A stretch of 64,000 nucleotides of DNA from Octopus vulgaris. Its lineage: Eukaryota. The DNA is taken from assembly GCA_951406725.2 (NCBI GenBank), contig OX597831.1:51150001-51214000 (forward strand), written 5' to 3'. The notes beneath the pieces were generated by a model, which saw only the letters and a program-made list of their open reading frames with translations, did no database searches and was not told where the DNA came from. This document shows positions 26,625 through 41,140 of the stretch, in pieces (within the stretch, counting starts at the first letter, position 1; each line of letters opens with the position of its first letter). A program made the position numbers and the translations under genes.

Positions 26625-27142
26625 TTCTTTTATTCTTTTATTTGTTTCAGTCATTTGACTGCAGCCATGCTGGGGCACCACCTTTAGTCGAACAAATCAA
26701 CCTCAGGACTTATTCTTTGTAAGCCTAGTACTTATTCTATTGGTTTCTTTTACCAAACCATAAAGTTATGGGGACGTAAACACACCAACATCGGTCGTCA
26801 AGTGATGGTGGAGGAACAAACACAGACACACAAACATATACATATATAAAAACATATATATATAGTTGAAATTTACAGATGGAAGGTACCGCATGAGTGA
26901 AAATATATAGGGAAGAGGATTTGAAAATGCAGAGGTCTCTTAAAGATGTTTATTGACTTAACCAGTTTCACTTTTTTATATATGAAAGGCTTCTTTCAGT
27001 TTCCGCCAACCAAATCCATTCACAAGGCTTTGGTCGGTCCGAGGCTACAGTAAAAGACACTTACCCAATGTATTACACAGTAGGACTGAACCCGAAACCA
27101 TGTGGTTGGTGAGCAAGCTACTTACCACACAGCCACTCCCGC
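26625..27142 (-). mobile_element. SINE family A with an ~120-bp foreign insert (26863-26980) in its central TA tract
   Basis: Family match on both sides; insert reads GAAACTGGTTAAGTCAATAAA on the minus strand (PLE pLTR-like). Confidence 0.8.
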
Positions 27143-27191
27143 ACTTTGGTTATAATATGCAGAGTTATTTGCCCATGTCCTATATAGGTAA

Positions 27192-27690
27192 CCCTTGAAC
27201 ATTCAGATTTCTTTGTCAAATGTAATTCTTATTTATTCCCATTGTTTTGAATTAATCAGACATTATCTTGTAACTTCAAGATTTCAATGATGTATGTGTA
27301 TATTTTTGTGGAGGCGCGTGGCTTAGTGGTTAGGGTGTCAGCATCATGATCGTAAGATTATGGATTCGATTCCTGGACTGGGCGACACATTGTGTTCTTG
27401 AGCAAAACACTTCATTTCACGTTGCTCCAGTCCACTCAGCTGGCAAAAATGAGTAACACTGTGATGGACTGGCGTCCCGTCCAGCTGGGGAACACATGCG
27501 CCATTGAAACCAGGAAACAGGGCCTATGAGCCTGGCTAGGCTTTAAAAGGGCGCATTTATTTATTTTATTTTATGTGTATATTTTTAGATTGACATTGTA
27601 GGGTAGGTGTGAGGGGTTGGATTGTGTCAGTTTTAACATAAAACAGGTATAATATTTCAGCTGGATCTGGCCAGATTAAATGCCAAAGGG
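27192..27690. mobile_element. piggyBac-type non-autonomous element with nested tRNA SINE (27308-27572)
   Basis: GTAA|CCCTT...AAAGGG|TTAA termini; same family inverted at 47989-48452. Confidence 0.75.
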
Positions 27691-28662
27691 TTAAATAGCA
27701 GTTTGAAACTTTGAATTAAAGTATCGAAGTGTAATACATTCGTAAAATACATAGTCCTATCAGTGGAGTTAACCCACCAGATAGGGTTCTAAAGGAACAT
27801 TGAGTCTCAGCTTGGTCACATAGCAATGATAATGATGATGATGATGATGGTGTTGATAATGAGCAGGAGGAGGAAAATTTCACTAAAGATAATGTTGACA
27901 ATGATGACAGTGATCATGATTATGATAACGGGAAGTGGTAGGGGGTGATAATGATGATGATGAGGCTGGTAATATTGATGACCATGGTGGTTATGATGGA
28001 AATGATCATGATGATGATATAATGACGATATAATGCAAGTTCAGAATTTATATGTATGATGCAGCTACGCATTCTGATAGAATGCCAGCTGGAAACCGGC
28101 TGCAGTAAATTGGTGCAACATGAAACAATCATTATTTTAATATATTCCATTTAGCATTAAAGAGAGATGAGAATTTAATCCACTCTAGGTCAACAGGTTT
28201 TATGCCACAGGCAACAGAGTTCTTTAACCTTTCCTACCATTTTCTAATAATCTAATAACATGCTCTCTCTCTCTCTGACACCTATGTAATAAAATATGCT
28301 GCACTCAATATATGCTACTGATCGGGGAAGGAAACTTGGTGAGTTTTCTCTGAGGATTAGTCAACAAACTGCGAAACAGTCTTTCAGGAGACTACTTCCC
28401 TCCTTCTCTTTGTTTTATTTTCAGTACATCAATAGTAAAGAAAGAATGTGTTTACATTCTTATTGAAGCCACAGTTAAGCTTTGTAATATTTAAATGATA
28501 TATATTTGTTCCAGCCTTTTACATTCTGAATTCAAATCCCATTGAGGTTCATTCAGCCTTTCAACCTTTCAGGGTCTATAGAATAAGATACCAGTTGAAC
28601 AAAATGATTAACCCCAACATTTCTGGCATTGTGCTTATGCTAAAAACAAGTAGTTGCAGTAA

Positions 28663-28758
<96 letters not shown>

Positions 28759-28783
28759 TAGTAGCAGCAGCAGCAGCAGCAGT
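28663..28783. repeat. (TAG)n/(CAG)n compound microsatellite
   Basis: Direct. Confidence 0.97.
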
Positions 28784-28916
28784 AAGAGCATTGAATTGGA
28801 TGAAGACAATGGATTGACACACACATGCACACACAGACACTCAGATGCACACACACACACACACACATACATACTCATGTATATATAACTTACCAGTTCA
28901 AGAAGTCATATAAAAG

Positions 28917-30191
28917 GAGGGGTTGGACAAAATAATGGAAACACCTAGCATCATAGCATCATAATTTTGAACTATCTATAAAACTGTCAAAAGCTTGTTT
29001 ATTTTTATATTTTTTTATTTATTATTAGTGTTGCTTAATATGTTTTGATAAAATTGCTGTTTCTTTTCAGATATCATCAGAAAAAGGTAATTAAAATTCA
29101 TTGAAATGACACATCTATTGGACTTTCAAAGAGGTCAAATTGTTGGTGCTCACATGGCAGGCGCTAGCATAACAAAAACAGATTAAATGTTTGGTGTATC
29201 AAGAAGTACTGTCACAAAAGTAATGACAGCCTTTGAGAAAGAGAGAAAAACATCCTCGTCGAAACAAAACTCCAGAAGAAAACCAAAACTTTCAGATAGA
29301 GACCATCGGACTCTTACACGAATTGTTAGAAAGGATTACAAAAGTACAGCTCTCAAAATTATTGCAGAGCTTAATGACCACCTCGAGAACCCAGTTTCCA
29401 CAAAAACTGTTTACTGGGAGCTTGCATGAAGCCATATTTCACAGGAGGGCTGCAAGCCACTACTTTCAAAAACAAATGTTGCAAAGCATTTAGGATGGAG
29501 TAAAAACCTACAGAATTGGTCCCTAGAGCAGTGGAAGAATGTTATTTTCTCGAACAAATCATCCTTCACCTTATTTTCGACCACCAGCCGAGTATACATG
29601 TGGAGACAGCCAAAAGAAGCATTTGACCCAAACTGCCTTCTTTCAACTGTTAAACATGGAGGAGGATCTGTGATGATCGGGGGGGGGGGGGGGGCTATAT
29701 CTTGGAAATCTGCAGGCCTAATGGTTTCCCTTCATGGCAGAATTAATAGTCAAGACTATTTAAGCATTTTATCTGATCAAATTCATCCTATGATTGTGGA
29801 ACTGTTTCCAGAGGGAAACACAATCTTTCAGGATGATAATGCACAATTCACACAGCTAAATTTGTTACTGAATAGCAGGAGGAACATTCTAGTGAAGTTG
29901 AACATCTTATATGGCCACCACAGTCCCCAGATCTCAATATTATTGAACATTTCTGGTGCATTTTAGAAAAGCAAGTAAGGAGTCGATATCCTCCACCATC
30001 ATCACTACAAGAACTGGAGAATGTTTTAGCTGAAGAATGGATAAAAATTCCTTTAGAAACAATTCAAACTTTGTATGAATCCATAACTTGTGGAATTCAA
30101 GCTATAATTACTGCCTAAGGCGGTCCTACACCATATTAAAATAAATTTGTTTGAAATTTTAATGTGTCTCCATTATTTTATCCAAATCCTG
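28917..30191 (+). mobile_element. Tc1-like DNA transposon, near full length; transposase pseudogene 29106-30139
   Basis: TIRs AGGGGTTGGACAAAATAATGGAAACAC / GTGTCTCCATTATTTTATCCAAATCCTG|TA; TVKHGGGSVMI, FQDDNA, WPPQSPDLNIIE, GPTPY*; stops and frameshifts. Confidence 0.95.
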
Positions 30192-30462
30192 TATATATAT
30201 ATATCCAAGTATGTGTGTGTGTGTATACAAAATATATACATGTGAATTCTATGTATACAGCAACTGAAAGGCACAAGGTCTGAAAATTAGTATACATGCC
30301 TTGTGGGATCTAGTTGCAGATTTTTACATATCGAGTTCACTTTACCATCCATCTTTCTGGGGTTTAATAAAATAAAAAACACCAGTCAAGTTCTTGGGGA
30401 ATTGATTAAATAAACTAAGCCTCTCCCTCAAATTTGAAGCCTTGCAGTTTATCAGAAAAACA

Positions 30463-30508
<46 letters not shown>

Positions 30509-30710
30509 AAATATTAACAAGCTGGCAGAATTATTATTATTTTATCCATCTCTATGTTCCAAGTTTCAAATTCTGCTGAGACTGACTTTGCCTTTCATTC
30601 TTTCATGATTAATAAATCAAGAACCAGTTGAACACTGGGGTTGATGTAATCAACTGGCTCAATCCCCCAAAATTTCAGAAGATTGTTATTATTATTATTA
30701 TTATTAATAA

Positions 30711-31100
30711 GGTGCAGGAGTGGCTGTGTGGTAAGTAGCTTGCTTACCAACCACATGGTTCCGGGTTCAGTCCCACTGCGTGGCACCTTGGGCAAGTGTC
30801 TTCTACTATAGCCTCGGGCTGACCAAAACCTTGTGAGTGGAAACTGAAAGAAGCCCGTCGTATATATGTATATGTATATATATGTGCATGTATGTGTTTG
30901 TGTGTCTGTGTTTGTCCCCCCAACATCGCTTGACAACTGATGCTGATGTGTTTACATCCTCATAACTTAGCGGTTCGGCAAAAGAGGCTGATAGAATAAG
31001 TACTAGGCTTTCAAAGAATAAGTCCTGGGGTTGATTTGCTCGATTAAAAGTCGTGCTCCGGCATGGCCGCAGTCAAATGACTGAAACAAGTAAAAGAGTA
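30711..31100 (+). mobile_element. SINE family A, young
   Basis: Family match; CpGs largely retained. Confidence 0.9.
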
Positions 31101-31624
31101 AGTGTGGAAGCCAGCAGGAAATCTTTGGTGATGCAAATAATTTTGGTAAATCCATATGGGAAGGGGAACATTTAGTTGCTGTATACATGATGTAACATAT
31201 CACAGAGATTAACATAAAGTTCAATATAGAGTGTAAGATGAGAGAGAAAACTGTGAAAAACAACACTGCATGTAATTTAAACATAATCATTTAGAATGAA
31301 ATAATGACAGAAGGGAGAAAAGGAGGGGGGTGGAGGGTCAATGGAAGACTGATTAGAGCTGCTGCAATCACTAACAGAAAGCAGTTTAAACAGAGTTGTG
31401 CAATGTATACATGTGTGCATGTATACATGTGTTTCATTGAGTGTACAGGCATATGTTTGTGTGTGTATGTGTGTATGGAAGTAAATATACAGATAAGTAA
31501 ACAGACAGGAATGTAAAGAGCCCTGAGAGCGATAGAGAGATAATTGGAGAAAAGACTTATAATGACAAACACACAGGCAGGTGGGTACATAAGTGTGTAT
31601 GTGTGTGTGTGTGTGTGTGTGTGC

Positions 31625-31681
<57 letters not shown>

Positions 31682-33494
31682 ATTATGTAAGTTGAGGACT
31701 GGCAGAATCAGTAGAACAGTGGACAATATTGTTTGTGGTATTTGGTTTTCCGAGTTCAAACCTTGCTAAGGTCCATTTTACCCTTCATCCTTCTGCAGTT
31801 AAAAAAATACACACCATTGGATAAGTACTGGTTTCGATGTTACTGACTATATTTCAGAAGGTTGTGCTCCAGTATGGCCAAGCACCCAGTACAATACGTA
31901 AAGTGGTTGACGTTAGGATGAACATCCAACCATTAGAAACTAACCATGCCAAAACAGACAATTGGAGACTGGTGCAGCTCAACTTCCCAACACCTAACAA
32001 ACCATCCAACCCATGCCAGCATGGAAAACACACGTAAAATGATGATGATGATGATGAGGAGGAGGAGGAGGAGGATGGGAACAGAAGCAACTCCAACAAA
32101 CTTGAAGCAATGAGAGCAACATTCAGACAGATGACCTCTTGAACTGGAAAGGTATATATATGTGTATACATGTGTGCGTGTGCATCTGTCTGTGTGTGCA
32201 TGTGTGTGTGTATATATATATATATATAACTAATTTAGAGACGAACCACCACTCCACAACTCAGTCAATGAAGAACCCGTCCAAAACCGTGCTGTGAGAC
32301 ATATACCATACAAAATACTAATCTAAAATTTTAATAATATATATTATTGAACAGTAAGATTATTACAATCATATAATATATAAGAGCAAATACTTTTAAA
32401 ATCACAGCGAATACCATACAAAGAAACATTCATCATAAAAATATTAATCTAAAATCCAATAAAGTATAAATTGAACAATAAAAATTAATAGAATAATATA
32501 ATGTATAAAAGTAAGTACTTGTACATCAACTACGCACATTTCATGGCTGAATTAAGAATGACTGCTTTGGGGAGTAAAATCATTTCTAATGAACTTGGAT
32601 ATGGTTTTCTTATATGATTTTATATAGTCCTAATGTCAAAGACATGAAGAGGGGAATTACATGGTTAAACAGCCTGTTGAAAGGTATTGGCCAGTCTGGG
32701 GCTATTAGTCAAAGACACTAGCCAGAGGTGTTGCACAGTGGAGCGTAACCTGAAACCATGTGGTTGGAAATCAAACATCTTAGCACACAGCCACACCTGT
32801 GATAATTAGTTACAAACAAACATGAGAAAGATAGGCAATGAATACACAAAAGTGGGGAAGTGGATTCTAATAAAGGTGAAATTAAATTTTAACAGCAAAG
32901 TATTTGTTGCATTACCAGGGAATGTTGCAAGAGCATATGTGTTTAATATAACTAATTTAAAAATGAATAAGTGAAGAAAGATCAATTTTCTGCATATCAG
33001 GTTTTGAAAGAAGTCACTGTTCTCGAAAAAATATATATTTAATGTTAGTTGGTATTTAATTATCAACAGATATTCTGCAATCTTATATAGCACCTGAATA
33101 TTGTATGAACAAATGAAATATTGCAATTTACTTGAAAAGTTCCTGTAGAAGTAATGAGGAATTTTATTATGTAAAACTTGAACAATATATACAAATGTAA
33201 ATTGTCATACAGGATCACTAATGTCTCGAATATCAAGCTCAGGTTATGAATTATTAAATTAAACAAAAACAACAAGAGAGAAATAAAACATATTCTTGAT
33301 TCAGCTATTGGAAGATTGTCAAAGAAGTGATGACATAAATGAGGAAGAGACGATTCAGGATATTCTCATATATTCATCCCTTTCATTACTGTATTCCTGT
33401 TAAAATTACTTTCATTTACTTTCAATTACTTTTGAAAATAATGAAGAATATAATAAAAATATTTTGTCATTATTAAGTTGGTTTTGAAGCATAA

Positions 33495-33844
33495 GTTAAC
33501 TGCATGGTTCTGGGTTCAGTCTTACTGTGTGGTACCTTGGGCAAATGTCTTCTACTAAATCCCTGGGCCAACCAAAGCCTTGTGAGCAGATTTGGTAGAC
33601 AGAAACTGAAAGAAGCCTCTGTGTGTGTGTGTGTGTTTGCGCCTTTGTATTTGTTCCTAACCACCAACTGACAACCAGTGTTAGTTTGTTTGTGTCTCTG
33701 TAATTTAGCTGCTCAACAAAATTGACTAATAGCACCAGACTTAGCAAAAATAAGTACTGAAGTTGGTTTGTTCAACTAAACCCTTCAAGGTGATGCCCCA
33801 ACATGGCCACAGTCCAGTGACTGAGACAAGTAAAAAATAAGAGA
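33495..33844 (+). mobile_element. SINE family A, decayed
   Basis: Family match. Confidence 0.8.
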
Positions 33845-34073
33845 TGAAATTTTGACGGAAGGTTATAATTTAGATTATTTTAAAACAAGAATTTTGTATC
33901 ACAGAGCTAGAGGCAATCTCAGGCAGATTTGTGTGAAAAGAGTTTTAACTTTTTCGATTCCATGTTTCAATTAATTTCTAAAATAACAAAGAATTTAGTA
34001 AACACTTTTCCGTTTTCATGAGAAATTTAATTTTATATTAAGGTTTAATTTTATGTTAATTTATTTAATTTTA

Positions 34074-35523
34074 TGCTAAAGTGATAAATATTAATCTTTC
34101 GAAAATTAGTCTGCATTTCATAATTTTGTATCAACACAAGGAAATATGAGAAAAGTTAAATTATAATTAATGCATGTATATCATAATTTCTGATATTACT
34201 CATCAATGGAAAATATATACTGTCAAAGTTACTTGTCATATGATAGTTAACATTCTAGTTTGTATATAATCCTCACAGCTAGTTATCTACTATGAAATCA
34301 TGGAAAAAAATATTATGAAAGGATTTTTTTCTTTTTTTTTTAAGTATTATGATGTGGGAAAAAAAAACTTATATTTATAATAATTGCTGTCTATAAAATA
34401 CACTGTAAAAGTTCACAGCTTCAAAACAATAAACAAATTCAAAAGTGATCTTTGAACTTTACTGGTGTATCTGTTGTAAAAGTGTATCTACTGCAAAAAG
34501 TTAACCAGTCCTAAGAGATAAAGATACAATGCAGAATGTAAACACTTCCCTTTAAATGCTTCCATAACCAAATTCATTCGTTCACTAAAAAAATATATAG
34601 TGATAGTTCATTATAATAATTATAGAATTTAAATAATAGAAGTATTTATTTTTTAAAGTTTATATTCATATTTTGATAATGACACTCTCTATGAACTAAT
34701 CTTAATGATTATACATTAATTTAATCTTCACATTGAATAATTCAAATAGTAATTCAATACTGAAAATATTATATCTTGGCCTTTCATTCTAAAAGTTGAT
34801 GGCAGTAATTATGTGAGATACATGCATGAATATTTAATATATCATCAATATCATTTTAAAAAATGTAATATTATTTATTATTATGATCTTAATTCTTTGT
34901 TATACATAGGTGAAGGAGTGGCTGAGTGGTAAGAAGTGTGCTTCCCAACTACATTGTTTCAGGTTCAGTCCCACTGTGTGGCATCTTTGGTAAGCATCTT
35001 CTGTCTAGCCTTGTGAGTGAATGAGCTAGACAGAAACTGAAAGATGCTTGTCATGTGTGTGTGTGTGTGTGTCATGTATCTGTGTATGTATATATGTGTG
35101 TGTTTGTGTGTGTGCATGTGTATGTGTGTGTGTGTGTGTGTGTGTGGAGGCACATGACCTAGTGGTTAAAGCAGCGAACTCGTGGTCGAGGGATCATGGG
35201 TTTGAATCTCAGACTGGACGATGTGTGTGTTTATGAGCGAAACACCTAAGCTCCATGCAGCTCCGGCAGAAGGTAATGGCGAACTTCTGCTGACTCTTTC
35301 GCCACAACTTTCTCTCACTCTTTCCTCCTGCATCTTGCAGCTCACCTGCAACAGACCAGCGTCCTGTCCAGGTGGGGAACCTACATGCCAAGGAAACCAG
35401 GAAACCGGCCCTTATGAGCCACGCATGGCTCGATAAGAAACAAACATATATATTTCCTAGTGTTGATACAAAATTATGAAATGAAGACTAATTTTCAAAA
35501 GATTAATATTTATTACTTTAGCA
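34074..35523. mobile_element. Non-autonomous TIR element (~75-bp TIRs, TA flanks) containing nested SINE A and SINE B pieces
   Basis: 34074-34148 is the reverse complement of 35449-35523; TA|TGCTAAAG...CTTTAGCA|TA. Confidence 0.65.
35146..35440 (+). mobile_element. SINE family B variant
   Basis: tRNA-like head as at 9066. Confidence 0.8.
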
Positions 35524-37926
35524 TATATACACACAGACAGATAGATATAGACATATATACGCATACACACAGCATAGAAAAGTGGATATTAAAACATTGA
35601 TGGTGGTGTCCGTTACCTTGGACAATAGCTTACATCCATCATGCCACCCTGAATGTGGTGACATGCTTGACTAGGAAAAAACTTATTAGCATTTAATTAC
35701 CTTGTATAATGAGCACCCCTAAAATACAGGTTTAAAAATGTGGTTAAAATGTGTGTTATACATAAATAAATCAAGAGTTAACTCTTATTTTTAGATATGA
35801 AATATATGAAGTAGTTACATCAGGAAAAATAACCACATATGTTGGTTGGTTATTAATTGATTGCTTGGCAGAATTGGTATAAATCAGATAAAATACTTTG
35901 TGATATTTGATTACAACCCTATACATTCTAAGTTCAAGTCCCGCTAAGGTATATTTTGTCTTACATCCCTTCAATAACCAATAAGTGTTGTTGTTGGAGT
36001 TAATGTAATTGACTACAGCATACATGTTTCCTACAAGAGTGGCAAAGAATTCAGCTCAAACCTGTAATAAAGCCTAATTCTCAGATATAAATGTGTGCAT
36101 TCAACCGTGCTTAAGATATCTGGAACAACAATATCAGTATGAGTCTATGGATGCCTAATATGGACAGATCAGATGAAAGAGTCAGCAATGAATGTTCAAA
36201 TGAATGATCAAAACACATTCAGGTGCCTCAGCATAGTTGTAGTCAAATGTCTGAAACTAGTAAAAAAAAAAAAAATATTAAAAATATAACCTTGTGTTCA
36301 CATACAGAAGGAAGAAGGTTATATTTTTCGTATTTCTTGTGTTGTGAAAAGAAATTTCTAAGCTAAACAGCTTGTTTATTAAACTCTTGACATATATGAT
36401 TTTTGCCGGAGAGTAAGATAGTAAATAAGCATTTTTATTTTGGTTGTTGTTGCTGTTGTTATTTTATTTGCTACTGAAATTTTTTAAACAAGTTTAAGTT
36501 GATGGAATTCTAACTAAAGGTCAGTACACTAATACCTACCCCAAGACAAGGTACATTTGGACTTTATACTGCTTATTACAGTTTAACTCAGTGGTTCCCG
36601 AGGCTATAGCAGAAGACATTTGCCCAAGATACCATGCAGTGGGACTGAACCCAAAACCATGTGGTTGAGAAACTTCTTACCACATAGCCACACTATTTGC
36701 TAAATATTTGTTTTATTTTCAGATATAGTGTACCTAAGACTACATTATCCAATATGTCCTATCATTTTTTTAAGACAGTAGAGTTAGATGTGATTTTGAG
36801 GGACCCTTGACACCTACCTCTGGTTTTGCTCATTAGCTGAAGAATAGTGGGTAATGCTGTGTAATAAAGCACCAATGGAAGCTAAATGTAATTGCCAAGG
36901 GTCAAGCCAAAATTATTCCAGTAAATGGATATGAAGTCTCAACTGCTTCAAATGATAATTAACTTACTCTGCAGAAAATGAAAATTATCATCGCTGTGGA
37001 CACAGGCAAATAGATTTATATTACCAATTATTTGCACTTCTATTTCATTTGGATTAATTGCTGCCAACGTAAAACCATAGCAAATTCTGAACTTTAGCAT
37101 TTCAAATGCTGGCCTGATATCTCCATACCACCTACATTCTCTTTCAGTGAATTAATTGGCTCCACCTCCTCAGGGTTACAAAAAAAAAAAAAAACGGTTA
37201 AAAAGAAATTCTTTTGACGTCACTTAAAACAAATATATTTAGTGATTTTAGTGTCTGTTTGTTATTTTGTTTTGTTTCTTGCTTTCTTGTATATTTCAGT
37301 CAATAATTTGAACAATATTCAAAAATTATAAAATGAAGAAAATATCATTTCATAACTAATATAGTTTGTTTCAGCCACTTCATTGAGATTATTGACATCT
37401 GTAATTCTCGTCTTCTTTGTATTCCAAATGAGGGAAAAGACAAAAGATAAATAAATTGGACTTTGTTATTTTGATGAAGTGGTTTGTTTCGTTCTGTTAT
37501 TGCTTTTTGTTTAACCTAATCATTTAACAAAGCCCTTGTTATAGCCTAAAGCAATTCAAATAATATGTTCCAAACTGAAAAAAAAATCTTGAGGGGATAA
37601 GGAATTTACCAGAAATATGGCACAAGTGCAGGGTTTCTGTCAGTTAACATTGACAATGCATTTTCAAATGTATGTACAGATTTATGGTCAACATTGAGCA
37701 AGATTTGTTCTTTTTTTTCTTTGAGAAAAACCAGCAGCTTCCTATGCTTGTAAGTCTTCCGTTTCCACATTATGTTTGATTCAAGGGGAAAGGCAGCCAA
37801 CTTAGTAACAGTGTTGTCATAGGTGTTATTGTCAGAAAGCAAAAAGCTGGAACAGACCCTCTAACAGTTTTGTCAACCCACTGCCCTGGATTGGCACAAG
37901 TGAATCCTGACCCCTCGTTCTTTTAT

Positions 37927-38340
37927 CTTTATCTTCTTTTCTCTTTTACTTGTTTCAGTCATTTGACTGTGGACATGCTGGAGCACCACCTTTAATCGAG
38001 CATCTCGACCCCGGGACTTATTCTTTGTAAGCCTAGTACTTATTCTACCGGTCTCTTTTGCCGAACTGCTAAGTGACGGGGACATAAACACACCAGCATC
38101 GGTTGTCAAGCAATGCTAGGGGGACAAACACAGACACACAAACATACACACACACATATATATATATACGTATATGCGACGGGCTTCTTTCAGTTTCCGT
38201 CTACCATATCCACTCACATGGCTTTGGTCGGCCCGAGGCTATAGTAGAAGACACTTGCCCAAGGTGCCACGCAGTGGGACTGAACCCGGAACCATGTGGT
38301 TGGTAAGCAAGCTACTTACCACACAGCCACTCCTGCGCCT
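37927..38340 (-). mobile_element. SINE family A, young
   Basis: Family match. Confidence 0.9.
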
Positions 38341-38789
38341 TTGCTTTTTTTTTTTTTTGCAGAAGAGTCAGGTATGATTTGGGGAGCTCTGTGGTGGCCA
38401 CTATTTCTAGCACATCTAACAACAATGTAGGAATTTGTTCAGTCATTTAGTCCATTGGCAAATTCCTGATGCCACTGCCATTATTATTTAGCTTCATAGG
38501 TCAGCCCTGGTTGAGTAGACCTATGACCAAAGTCTTTTCACCCATAACTATCTAGCCTCCTTTTACTTAGACCAATATATTTACCATTACACTATCTAAT
38601 GTGTCTATTTCTTTATTATTATTTTTTTTTCCAATAGTACAACAATGTTACAAAGGAGATTTGGCTACTATATTTTGCAGGTCAAATAACTATGCTGAAA
38701 ACCCCACTTTGTTACCTCTAGATATTAGCAAACTAAAGTGGGACAACTTTCAACATTTTCCATCTAAGAGGTGAGGTTTTTAATCCAGT

Positions 38790-39041
38790 ACTCTTTACTC
38801 TTTTACTTGTTTCAGTCATTTGACTGCAGCCATGCTGGAGCACCGCCTTTAATCGAGCAACTCAACCCCGGGACTTATTCTTTTGTAAGCCCAGTACTTA
38901 TTCTATCGGTCTCTTTTGCCAAACCGCTAAGTAACGAGGACATAAACACACCAGCATCGGTTGTCAAGCAATGCTAGGGGGACAAACACAGACACAAAAA
39001 CACACACGCATATATATATATACATATATACGACGGGCTTC
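38790..39041 (-). mobile_element. SINE family A, 3' half
   Basis: Family match. Confidence 0.85.
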
Positions 39042-39601
39042 ATGTATCCTACATGTTACTATTTATAGCTTTATCTATTTGAGTTCCACCATCAAAAATA
39101 TTTTATATCATATCTTTTGAAATTTCAAAATTCTTATAATATTAGCAAATTAATATAAATGCTGGAATACAAGAGTAAATAAAAGTCTTGTAGTAGTCGC
39201 ATTTAGTTAAAATTTCTCTACATTTTCAGCTAAAATATTGTCAGGCTCGAAATTTGCATCCAATTGACCATATAGATTCAATCATTATAAGTACCAGTAA
39301 TATGCTGGATCTAATTCAATTGACAATGCAGCTCCCACTTTAAATACCTACACTTGCATGGAGGTCAGAAACCCATGTTGTTGCCACTGTCATTATGAAC
39401 TATGCAAAAAATGAAAACAACATCTCACAAACTGGTTTATAAGGAAATGCAGTATTCATTGTTGCTGCTGCTGCTGCTGTGGTTGCTGTTCAATCCTAAG
39501 TCAGATCTAATTGAGACACTCCAGCCATGACCATACCATCTCTTTTTTTTTTTTACCTGAAACAGTATATCTACAATAACTTTATCCAATGTAATTCCTC
39601 C

Positions 39602-39801
39602 CTTTACTCTTTTACTTGTTTCAGTCATTTGACTGTGGCCATGCTGGAGCACCGCCTTTAGCCGAGCAAATCGACCCCAGGATTTATTCTTTGTAAGCCT
39701 AGTACTTATTCTATCAGTCTCTTTTGCCGAACTGCTAAGTTATGGAGATGTAAACACGTGCGCATCGGTTGTCAAGCAATGTTGGGGGGACAAACACAGA
39801 T

Positions 39802-39834
<33 letters not shown>

Positions 39835-40006
39835 CATATATACGACGGGCTTCTTTCAGTTTCTGTCTACCAAATCCACTCACAAGGCTTTGGTCAGCCC
39901 GAGGCTATAGTAGAACATGCTTGCCCAAGGTGCCACGCAGTAGGACTGAACCCAGAACCATGTGATTGGTAAGCAAGCTACTTACCACACAGCCACTCCT
40001 GCACCT
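39602..40006 (-). mobile_element. SINE family A
   Basis: Family match. Confidence 0.9.
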
Positions 40007-40430
40007 TATTATTAAAAAAAAAAGACCAAGTGTGTGATTTAAGGAAGATTTGGCTGCTTCTTCTAGCCAAGCTGAGTGACCATATAGAGAGTCAATGCTG
40101 TTGGCTTATGAGAATACAAAGACAGATGCAACTGAAAAAGTCTGCAGTGTTTATTAGTTTAACAGTCTGCACAAACAAATTTCACCATGAACATTTCCTT
40201 TAACTTTGTGATATTTTCAATTTTTTTTTTTTTTTTTTCACCCTAACATCTAATTTGCAAACTGTTTACTTCAAATATGGTATAATTCCTAATCTGATTT
40301 AGTGTACTGCTTTTGGGAAAAGGGATTTGTTGATATCTTGGATTTTTGTTTCTATGTGTTTTTATTTAAAACTGTTTTGACTGTTGCTTCTATTCTACGC
40401 TTTATCATCTCCATACCTATGGCGAGATAA

Positions 40431-40550
40431 GCTTACAGTTATGTAATATTGAAAAACATCAGTTCTAATCTTATTGATGAGAATAAGCAAAGGCAAGCTG
40501 TGCCCATGGTTATATGATAGTTATCATTCAACTGTCCAGTGCACAAAGCT
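40431..40550 (+). pseudogene. Highly decayed 5S rRNA-like sequence
   Basis: GCTTACAGTTATGTAATATTGAAAAACATCAGTTCT...TAAGCAA resembles the 5' half of 5S and the 43176 copy. Confidence 0.45.
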
Positions 40551-40734
40551 ATACAAAGGGAAGATTGACTATGGGGGAGGAAAACTATCCAGAGACACCT
40601 GCTGCATGAAAAATTAACAGTAAAGTGATGATGCTAATATACAATCAGAATTTAAGATTCATTCATTCGATTTTTCTCTCTTGTACTTTTGTGTGTGTTA
40701 AAATGAAAGAATAATTGTGTGTCTGTGGCTTTTG

Positions 40735-41140
40735 TCTTTTATCTTTCTCTTGCTTCAGTCATTGGACTGCAGCCATGCTGGGGCACTGCTTTGAAGAATA
40801 TTTTAATCAAATGAATCAACCCCAGAACTTTTATTTTTAAGCCTGGTACTTATTCTATCGATTTTTTTTGCTGAACCATTAAATTATAGGGATGTAAACA
40901 CACCAACACCAGTTGTCAAGCAGTGGTGGGGGACAAATACAGAAACACACACACACACACACACATATACATATACACGATGGGCTTCTTTCAGTTTCTG
41001 TCTACAAAATCCACTCCAAGGTTTTGGTCAGCCTGAAGCTATCATAGAAGACATTTGCCCAAGGTGCCATGCAGTGAGACTGGACCCGAAGCCATGTGGT
41101 TGGGAAGCAATTTTTTTACAACACAGCCATGTCCATGCCT
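40735..41140 (-). mobile_element. SINE family A, older
   Basis: Family match. Confidence 0.85.

Noticed and set aside
38103-38377. Recurrent ORFs such as EDTCPRCHAVGLNPEPCGW suggesting a gene family
   Set aside because: Antisense translations of SINE A
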